A stretch of DNA of 64,000 nt, from positions 17,559 to 81,558 of IMG/VR virus record IMGVR_UViG_3300033148_003055. One strand, written 5' to 3'. Shown here one piece after another: positions 56,862-64,000 of this stretch. The notes under the pieces were generated by a model that was not told the origin of the DNA, did no database searches, and was given only the letters and a program-made list of their open reading frames with translations. Numbering within the stretch: position 1 is the stretch's first letter; each line of letters starts with the position of its first letter. This DNA is from a virus. The translations under genes and the position numbers were made by a program.

Positions 56862-59582
56862 TTATTCGAGTCCCGTCTGGCACTGCCCGGCCTCGCACTC
56901 GACCTCACAGTTACCTTGACACTGGCACTGGCACGTGATGACGCATGACTCCCCGCCTCCGCACCCCTGATCGGAGCAGGCGCACTTAGCCTGGTCTTGC
57001 GTCTCGCATCCAGCCTGGCACCCCGGTTCACATGCATCGGTGCAACTGCTTTGGCAAGAGATTATACACGGAGTATTGCATGAGGTCTCAAGCGCGGTCT
57101 CGGTGCCCGTCGTCGAGCATCCCCAGAGGTCCCCCGTCTCGACCCACTCGCAGTCGTCCGCCATCGCCGCTGTTGCGCAGATCAGCTCTGCCGCGGTAAC
57201 ACAAGTTAGGCTGCACATTCCCTGGGCCGCCGTCTCGCATACCCCCGAGCACGCAGACTCCTGCATCGACGTCTCACACCCGCCCGTCTCACAGAACGCC
57301 TGACACGAGTCCTTGTCCCACCCCCACCAGCCGTTCGCCTTGTAGGTGATCTCGTCCATCTGACCGTCTTTGCCGACGCCAGGGGTGTGGACGACCTCTA
57401 GGATGGTGACCTCAGCGTTGGTCCCGGCGTAGTTGGCGACATCAAGCAGGAGGGTGTCGTTGCGCTGGAGCTCGATCGTGTCCAGGTAGTCCTTCCACTC
57501 GTAGATCGGCAGGACCTCCTTCAGGCGATTGAGCCAGAAGTTCGCAATCGTCTGGACCTGCGGCCTAGACGTCACCGCCCAGCAGTTCATGTCGAGCTCT
57601 TTGCGCCCGAACGCGGCCTCCGCCGTCGCGTCGGTCACGACCAGTTCGTGCTCTTCGTTCTCCTGCATCCAGGTCGCCCGGACCCCGGTGCGAACCTCGG
57701 ACTCGAAGTCGATGCGGGACTTGACGAAGGAGTCCATGAGGCGCTTGTTGTCGGTGATCGTCGCGACGCTGGACTGCGGACCGTTGACGAGCCAGCGAAG
57801 GAACGCCACGCCGTCGTCCCAGTTGATCGACGTCCGGCACTGGAAGGCGAGGTCCTGAGCGATCTGCATGAGCTTGCCTGGACGTGTCAGGGAGAACCCG
57901 AAGACGAAGCCCTCCATCCGCCCTTCGGCGTCGGTGAAGGAGGTGTCGTCGGTCTCCCCGGCGCTCACACCTCCGACCGTCTCGAGGAAGTCCTTGATGA
58001 TGAGGGCCGGGTTGGTGATCACGGTCCCGGAGCCGTCACCGCTATCGTCGATCCCGGCGATGTCCACGAAGAGATCGTCGCTCCCGAAGTCGTACAGACC
58101 ATTGAGGGCCGGGGGGAGCCCGGTGAAGGTTATCGTCGTGCAGTTGTGCCCGAGCTCGGCGGAGAACTGGCTGTCGTTCAGGTCGACCGCGAACATGCTC
58201 GGCTCGATTACCGCCCACCCGTCCGTCTCGTTGCCGATCGCGCCGGAGACCTGAGACGGCGGGGTGAGCCCGGGGTCGACGCCTTCTGCGACAACGAGCT
58301 GTCCTGGCAACATGACCTGAAGTCTGGGCGCCGCCCCGAAGTTCATGAAGCCGTACGACCCGGCGGCGAGGCCGTCCATGTCATCCAGCATCATGTTCCG
58401 TGCACGCCGCTTCCCGTGCCCGAACACCGCGTCCACCCGTTCGCTGGGGTAGTCGTTGACAATGTAGACGTACTCGCCCAGCACCTCGAAGACCTGCTCG
58501 CCTTCCTGATGTGGGGTCGCCTTCGTGACGATGAGGGCGCCGGTGGCCGACGGGACATGCAGGACCATTCCACAGCCGAAGAGGTCGTCTGAGGCGACGT
58601 CGTCGAACTCCCCGACCCACCCCTGGTAGTAGAAGGGCATGTGGACTTCGATCTCGCCGCCCGCCGTCGAGCGGAGAATGCGCCGGGTCTGCCAGCCGAG
58701 TGTGCCGTCGTGCCCCTCGACCTGAATCTTGAGGAAGTAGCCGACGTACTGGCCGTCGACGCCAGTGAAGTTCGTCGCGAAGACGCGGGGGTTGGCGGCT
58801 GTGCCGGAGATGGAGCCGTTGTCAATCGTAGCGCCTCTGGCGGTCGGGGTGAAGGCGCGACCGGTGAAGGTGCCCGTGATGTGCTCGCGCCCGACGCGGA
58901 TCGTGATCTCTGTCGGGTCCTGCGTGAAGTCCTCGCCGCCCTCGATGTAGAACGTCTCGCTGGTGTCGGTGCCGCGAATCTCGTTGAGCAGGCGCCCGCG
59001 CTTCCCGCCCTTTGCCATGACCGTCGGTACCTTCTTCTTGTTCCCATAGACGATCGGGACCATGCGCCCCTCGTGGGCGTTGAGTACGTCGGGGAAGTCG
59101 TCCTTGATGACGAAGTTGGCGAAGTCTCGGTCGTAATGGGAGCCCATGTCGACGACGTCGAACTGAAGCTCGCGCCCGTCCTCGACCCACTGCATCGGCC
59201 CTGCAATCGTTCCCTTGAAGATGGTCGTCAGGTCAGCCTCGACCAGGCCGTCGAAGTATTGGTAGATCGTGACCGTCTTGTTCTCGAGGTCGACCGAGTT
59301 GAGGTTGTCGTGCAGGGCGAGGTCGTTGTCCATGAGGCGGATGCTGACGTCGCCGACCGACGGCTTCGGGTGAAGCGACGTCTTGGCGTAGATGCGTCCC
59401 CAGGAGTTGACGCGGGCCTCCGCGTTGTCCCAGGTCGACGCGTCCCCAGTTCCGATGGTCTGGTCCGAGTACCACTTCGTCCCGACGGCGCCGCCCCATT
59501 CCACCTTGACGATGTTGATGGGCTTGGTGCCCTTGGTGAGGTTCTTCTTCGTCGTGAAGTCGCCTGTTAGTGTGCGGGCCAT
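56862..59582 (-). CDS. Tail tip/hub protein with Cys-rich C-terminal extension
   Basis: VPIVYG, ITNPALIIKDFL, phage tail hub pattern; last 147 aa contain 27 Cys. Confidence 0.75.
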   Translation of the reverse strand: MARTLTGDFTTKKNLTKGTKPINIVKVEWGGAVGTKWYSDQTIGTGDASTWDNAEARVNSWGRIYAKTSLHPKPSVGDVSIRLMDNDLALHDNLNSVDLENKTVTIYQYFDGLVEADLTTIFKGTIAGPMQWVEDGRELQFDVVDMGSHYDRDFANFVIKDDFPDVLNAHEGRMVPIVYGNKKKVPTVMAKGGKRGRLLNEIRGTDTSETFYIEGGEDFTQDPTEITIRVGREHITGTFTGRAFTPTARGATIDNGSISGTAANPRVFATNFTGVDGQYVGYFLKIQVEGHDGTLGWQTRRILRSTAGGEIEVHMPFYYQGWVGEFDDVASDDLFGCGMVLHVPSATGALIVTKATPHQEGEQVFEVLGEYVYIVNDYPSERVDAVFGHGKRRARNMMLDDMDGLAAGSYGFMNFGAAPRLQVMLPGQLVVAEGVDPGLTPPSQVSGAIGNETDGWAVIEPSMFAVDLNDSQFSAELGHNCTTITFTGLPPALNGLYDFGSDDLFVDIAGIDDSGDGSGTVITNPALIIKDFLETVGGVSAGETDDTSFTDAEGRMEGFVFGFSLTRPGKLMQIAQDLAFQCRTSINWDDGVAFLRWLVNGPQSSVATITDNKRLMDSFVKSRIDFESEVRTGVRATWMQENEEHELVVTDATAEAAFGRKELDMNCWAVTSRPQVQTIANFWLNRLKEVLPIYEWKDYLDTIELQRNDTLLLDVANYAGTNAEVTILEVVHTPGVGKDGQMDEITYKANGWWGWDKDSCQAFCETGGCETSMQESACSGVCETAAQGMCSLTCVTAAELICATAAMADDCEWVETGDLWGCSTTGTETALETSCNTPCIISCQSSCTDACEPGCQAGCETQDQAKCACSDQGCGGGESCVITCQCQCQGNCEVECEAGQCQTGLE

Positions 59583-59583
59583 G

Positions 59584-59991
59584 TTATTCCTCGCGTTCCT
59601 CGTCGTCCGGTCCGCCGGGGATATCTATCGCTATCACCAAATCCACCAGGGACACGTAACATGCCGGAGTGCTGAAATGCTTATACGGCACCTCTGGCCT
59701 CTCCGTGTCTAGCACTACCTCGGTTTCCAGCACCTTCCCAAGTGCGGCGAAGTACGCGGGCTGGTGCTCGACCGGAACGGCGTCCTGCCCCTTGTCATTC
59801 TTGTTCCCGTGCGCCCACTCGGTGACAAGTGATGTCTTGACGGCGTGGAATACTTTCAGTTCTGCGTTGACGGCGATTACGAAGCGCGCAATGGCAACGT
59901 GGAACTTGGCCGCTATGTTTGGCGCGTGCGACAATTCCCGCAGGGCCGGTGCCGCGTCTAGCAGCTTCTGATACGTGGTCTCAATCGGCAT
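59584..59991 (-). CDS. Tail-associated small protein (fiber chaperone-like)
   Basis: Position after fiber gene; helical. Confidence 0.55.
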   Translation of the reverse strand: MPIETTYQKLLDAAPALRELSHAPNIAAKFHVAIARFVIAVNAELKVFHAVKTSLVTEWAHGNKNDKGQDAVPVEHQPAYFAALGKVLETEVVLDTERPEVPYKHFSTPACYVSLVDLVIAIDIPGGPDDEEREE

Positions 59992-60014
59992 AGTATCTCC
60001 CCTTGCTAACCCAG

Positions 60015-60230
60015 TTAATCCTCTGCGTGCTTGCGACAATACTCAAGTAGCCAGTTCGCCACGGCCTCTGGCAGTTCCCTGGCCTCGATCTGCAGCGTGG
60101 CCCCTTCGCCATCTGGGACGAGCTTGTACGGGACGTGGATTGTGCCAAGACGCACCGCCGTCAAGCTGTCGCGGGCGACGGGTACTTTCAGCAGCACCTC
60201 ATTCGTCGCGAGGATCGGTTCAATAGCCAT
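60015..60230 (-). CDS. Hypothetical protein
   Basis: 71 aa, AGGAG RBS. Confidence 0.55.
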   Translation of the reverse strand: MAIEPILATNEVLLKVPVARDSLTAVRLGTIHVPYKLVPDGEGATLQIEARELPEAVANWLLEYCRKHAED

Positions 60231-60239
60231 CGTCGCTCC

Positions 60240-63200
60240 TTACCATGCCACTCCCTCAGAGTGGTCAAACAGAGTCCCGTAGTTTGTCGTTCCCCCGGCC
60301 TGACTAGCGACTAGAACGTCGCCGTCATCGCCCTTGCCCGTGCCGTCGGACATCCAGATAACATACTCGCCCTCTGCCGGTTCCGCCGGGTCAGTAGCCC
60401 TCTCGTACCCGGCCATCCCCTCGCGGTTCCAAAGGTAGCCGTTCACGAGTAGCGACTGGTCTGCGGTGGCCGCAGCGAACACCCCGTAAACCAACGCCTT
60501 CACCCGACCGTCAGCCTCGTTCGTGCGCTTGAGAACATCGATGAACAGTTTGGCACCGGCCGTCTCATAGTAGCCCGCCTGGTAACCGATCATTACGCCG
60601 TAGCTGTCAGTCACCAGCGAGTATCCAGAGTCCGCTCCGATCAGTGTGTTGTACTCGCCAGTCGTAAGAGCCCCGCCAGCGGAAGCACCAATCGCGACAT
60701 TGATGTCGCCAGTAGTCAGAGCGTCCATCGCTGACCAGCCTATAGCAACGTTGTATCCCGCATTAGTAAATGCGTTATACATCGCCCGGTAACCTATGGC
60801 GATGTTACTATGGCCGGTCGCGCCGGCAATGGCACCGAGTCCTGCCTGATAGCCAATGCATATGTTGTAGTTACCGGACCCAATATCGCGCCCCGCATTA
60901 TGTCCGACGTAAACACCACCGGCCCCGGTACTGTCTCGGCCAGTGGCCGCACCAACACCAATCGCGAAAGCCGACGTAGCTGCCTGACCGGCCCCGTAGC
61001 CGATGAATACATTATAAGTTTCAATCGTTAGCGCTCCACCGGCATTGTGCCCCGCCATGAGGTTGTAATTGCCAGTGGTGATCGCATCGCCAGCACTAAA
61101 CCCAAGTGCTAGATTGCTATCACCCTCGGTGACCGATAGCAGCGCGTGATAGCCTCCGGCCCAATTATACTGACCATCAGTAAGAGCAAGTAGCGCCGCC
61201 GTTCCCGCCCCCCAGTTACCGTTTCCGGTAAGTGTGAAGTTTCCCGCGAGTGAACCCATGAACAGATTATTGGTCCCGTAGGTGTGGAACACCCTATCCC
61301 CAGCCTGCGTGATATGCCCAGTCGTTGACGAAGTAGCCTCAAGCTCCAAGGTCGCCCCGCTGAAGGCAATCGTCCCGGCAGCGTTAAAGGTAATGAGCTC
61401 GTTGCCGTCGATCCCTAGCGTACCGCCGTCACCCACGAAGAGGTTCGGCACCACAATGTCCTGGTTGAAGGTGACCGCCCCGGTTGTGTCGAAAGCAAAC
61501 GCACCGCCATCCGAGTTGATGGCGTCAATCTGTAGCGTGTCGCCGTCGTGGACGTGGGCCTGCGGGGCGTTATCCCCCGTCACGTCGGCGCCCGCCGCAA
61601 TGGCGTCCAGCTTCGTAATCTGGGCAGCGGTCGCGACTCCCTTCTGCGCGTCCGTTGCATCCTGAATATCATCCGTGCCGTCAACGTGTTCGGCCGCATG
61701 TGCAGTAGGGTTCTGATTGTCTGCCAACTCTCCAGATAGGCCGGCGACGCTCATTTCGTCGCCCCCTGCGTTTTCATGAGACGCCGCGTGAGTCGCGGGC
61801 GGCGCCCACTTGAGGCCAGACGCCTCTCCTGAATCAGCGGTGAGAACATCATCGTCATCGCCGACATTCAAGACCTCGAGGGTGTCATCGGCCGACGCTC
61901 CAAGAAGATCGCCCTTCGCCGAGAAGTCTGACTCTAACAAGGTTCCCGCAGGAGCGGCAGGAGGAGCCCACTTCAGACCAGAGGCTTCTCCTGAGTCTGC
62001 GGTGAGAACGTCGTCGTCATCCCCGACGCCGAGGAGCTCCGGGGTATCATCGGCACTCGCAGAGATCAAGTCGCCCTTCGCGTCGAGATCGGCGTCCATC
62101 AGGGCACCGGCTCCTGCGACGTTCGTTGCGTCGGTTACGTCCGCCAATGCTTCGATGCCATCGAGCTTCGTAATCTGGACGTCGGTTGCAAGGCCGGTCA
62201 GCGCGTCGGTGGCGTCTTGCGTTGCCTCGGTGTGCTCCGCGCTGGTCAGGTGGTAGTATTCGTCCGCCGTCCCGCCCTGCAGACTGCCGAGATCGTTGTG
62301 GACCGTGACGGCGCTGGTAGCGAACGGGGTCTCGAACGGGGTCTCTATCGAGGCGTTGGCCAAGTCCGTCTCGCTCTTCTGTACGATGATCTTGCAGATG
62401 GGCAGCGAGAACTTGTCCGCCAAGTCAGGCAACGTGGCTGGCATCGTAGCAAGTTCCGCCTGTGCGGCGGTATAATTGCCCTGGCCGTAGACCAGCATGA
62501 GGTGGCCGTCGAAGTCGATGAAGCCCCAGTGGACGGCGTAGCGGTTCGCCGTCAGGGCGTGCAGCGTACCGGAGTCGTCGTCGTAATGTTCCACGTCAAC
62601 GTCAACGACGCCGGGGACTTCCGTCCAATCCACCCCGCCGTCTCGGTAGAACGAGCGGAACGTCCTGTCGTGTATGTGCCCGTCAACGGTGGCGTCAGGG
62701 ATCGCCTCCTCAACCTCAATGTCAGTCTCGTCATCGCCTACGTCATACGTCGCGCCCTCGACAGTGTAGACGCCGTCGTTGCCGGTAGACCCATGCACCA
62801 GGATGGACTCGCCATGCACGAAATGGTCTGCGATATCGCCAGATACCATGAACAGCTTATTGCCCTGATCGAGGTCAGTGATGGCTTCGCTGTTGCCGAT
62901 GTCGAAAGCGTCAATGGTGAACGGCGTGATGACCGCGTAGAGCGACCCAGCCGTCACCTGCAGCGCCAAGTCCTCATGCGCGCTCTTGCTGGTCAGCAGG
63001 CCAGACGCTCGGACGATGCCGACCGTGGACCGCAAGTACCGCAACAGCGTCGTGCCGAGTTCCGGCAGGCGCTGCCCGCCGTTCAGGATGTGTATGTGGT
63101 CATTGCCGTTCTTGTAGACCCGGCCCAACCCGATCTCGGTGCGCAGGTTAATCGTCGTCTGGTCGCCTGTCTTGGCAAAGACCGGAGGGGCTGCGTAGTT

Positions 63201-63656
63201 GACGTATATGAAGTTGACCCCGGCGTCCAGTGCGAACGAATCCTCCTTCGCTATGTCGAAAAACTGCGTGGTGCCAACTGCGCTGTCGGCCGTCTTTATC
63301 ATGCCAACGCCGGCCGAGATGTCTACGGTCCCGTCCTGCGCGGCGGCCTCCGTGATCTCGCAGCCCTCCACGATGACCGCACCCTGCGTCTTGTTCACCC
63401 AATCGTGGATGCTGTAGGTGCCGGACAGGTCGCTGAGGAGTAAGTCAACGAAGGTCGGTGTGCTGCCGGGCCCCAGCAGCTGATTGTGGACGGTCCTTTG
63501 CCAGACGGCGGCGCCGGTCGTGTTGTCGGTGCAGACCCACTCCTCAATAAAACTGGACGCGGGGTTGGTGACGATCACCCGACTGCCGACGAAATAGTTG
63601 TTGGCGCGGTCGTGGTTGACGCCGGGTCGACTTTCGCTGAGGCTTGTAAGCGCCAC
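60240..63656 (-). CDS. Tail fiber/adhesin protein
   Basis: 1138 aa; duplicated KGDL..ASADDT...VLTADSGEASGLKWAPP; C-terminal N.AIG..A beta-roll repeats. Confidence 0.8.
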   Translation of the reverse strand: MALTSLSESRPGVNHDRANNYFVGSRVIVTNPASSFIEEWVCTDNTTGAAVWQRTVHNQLLGPGSTPTFVDLLLSDLSGTYSIHDWVNKTQGAVIVEGCEITEAAAQDGTVDISAGVGMIKTADSAVGTTQFFDIAKEDSFALDAGVNFIYVNYAAPPVFAKTGDQTTINLRTEIGLGRVYKNGNDHIHILNGGQRLPELGTTLLRYLRSTVGIVRASGLLTSKSAHEDLALQVTAGSLYAVITPFTIDAFDIGNSEAITDLDQGNKLFMVSGDIADHFVHGESILVHGSTGNDGVYTVEGATYDVGDDETDIEVEEAIPDATVDGHIHDRTFRSFYRDGGVDWTEVPGVVDVDVEHYDDDSGTLHALTANRYAVHWGFIDFDGHLMLVYGQGNYTAAQAELATMPATLPDLADKFSLPICKIIVQKSETDLANASIETPFETPFATSAVTVHNDLGSLQGGTADEYYHLTSAEHTEATQDATDALTGLATDVQITKLDGIEALADVTDATNVAGAGALMDADLDAKGDLISASADDTPELLGVGDDDDVLTADSGEASGLKWAPPAAPAGTLLESDFSAKGDLLGASADDTLEVLNVGDDDDVLTADSGEASGLKWAPPATHAASHENAGGDEMSVAGLSGELADNQNPTAHAAEHVDGTDDIQDATDAQKGVATAAQITKLDAIAAGADVTGDNAPQAHVHDGDTLQIDAINSDGGAFAFDTTGAVTFNQDIVVPNLFVGDGGTLGIDGNELITFNAAGTIAFSGATLELEATSSTTGHITQAGDRVFHTYGTNNLFMGSLAGNFTLTGNGNWGAGTAALLALTDGQYNWAGGYHALLSVTEGDSNLALGFSAGDAITTGNYNLMAGHNAGGALTIETYNVFIGYGAGQAATSAFAIGVGAATGRDSTGAGGVYVGHNAGRDIGSGNYNICIGYQAGLGAIAGATGHSNIAIGYRAMYNAFTNAGYNVAIGWSAMDALTTGDINVAIGASAGGALTTGEYNTLIGADSGYSLVTDSYGVMIGYQAGYYETAGAKLFIDVLKRTNEADGRVKALVYGVFAAATADQSLLVNGYLWNREGMAGYERATDPAEPAEGEYVIWMSDGTGKGDDGDVLVASQAGGTTNYGTLFDHSEGVAW

Positions 63657-63659
63657 GAG

Positions 63660-64000
63660 TTACTCCCCGCGCTTGTTCAACTCGAGCCGGACCGATACCG
63701 ACCAGAGGTTCTTAGCCTGCTTCTCGAAGGGAAGCTCCGGGTCGAGGAACCGGGCGGTGTACTCGACGGCGCCGGTGTCAGTGTAGGTCCAGGTCGTATT
63801 GACCCCTGTGACCGTCGTGTTGAAAAAAGTCTCGAGGGTGTTCTTCTGGGTGTCGGAGAGCGTGTCGAACCTGAGGACGGCCTCGTACTTCGTGACGCCC
63901 TTGTCGTAGGAGTACGTCACACCCCCGGCGGTCTCGCCGAGGGCCTGACGCTTCTTGGTGATCATCGTGGAACCGGGGAAGGGGCCGGGGAGAGTGATGT
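63660..64000 (-). CDS. Distal tail/minor tail protein (5' end probably outside window)
   Basis: GGVTYSYDKG...LETFF...TWTYTD...ARF pattern; frame stays open toward the window edge. Confidence 0.6.
   Translation of the reverse strand, partial: ITLPGPFPGSTMITKKRQALGETAGGVTYSYDKGVTKYEAVLRFDTLSDTQKNTLETFFNTTVTGVNTTWTYTDTGAVEYTARFLDPELPFEKQAKNLWSVSVRLELNKRGE

Noticed and set aside
61800-62080. Duplicated segment in tail fiber as a DGR template/variable repeat pair
   Set aside because: In-frame peptide duplication with synonymous changes at all bases; no reverse transcriptase in the window

Overview
The whole window is part of a GC-rich tailed dsDNA phage (HK97-fold, probably a siphovirus) encoded almost entirely on the minus strand; the long plus-strand ORFs in the track are antisense shadows. 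In transcription order (right to left) it holds: tail genes; a radical SAM/SPASM enzyme, an HNH gene and a GT9 glycosyltransferase; an early promoter with a boxA-like site and a hammerhead ribozyme; small early genes; a replication/recombination block (SNF2, RuvC, intein-containing UDG, PAPS reductase, PD-(D/E)XK nuclease, Sak4-like ATPase, SSB-like protein, PolA, primase-helicase, four methyltransferases, nucleotide enzymes, clamp-like protein); a sigma factor; TerS; a tRNA array; TerL; portal; protease; major capsid; and a three-domain glycosyltransferase running off the left edge. Strongest observations: (1) a TIGR-like array of alternating 10-nt repeats and 8-nt spacers directly behind a nuclease-less IS110/Nop-domain (TasA-like) gene; (2) a tail-tip protein ending in a 27-Cys ranthipeptide/SCIFF-like extension beside a radical SAM/SPASM maturase and GT9, suggesting RiPP-style modification of the virion; (3) a methylase intein with an HNH endonuclease hidden in another frame; (4) an 8/4 allo-tRNA-like Ser(AGA) and four non-canonical tRNA-like RNAs; (5) two long palindromic elements with cross-matching arms flanking the replication module. 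All calls come from motifs read by eye; no database searches were run.
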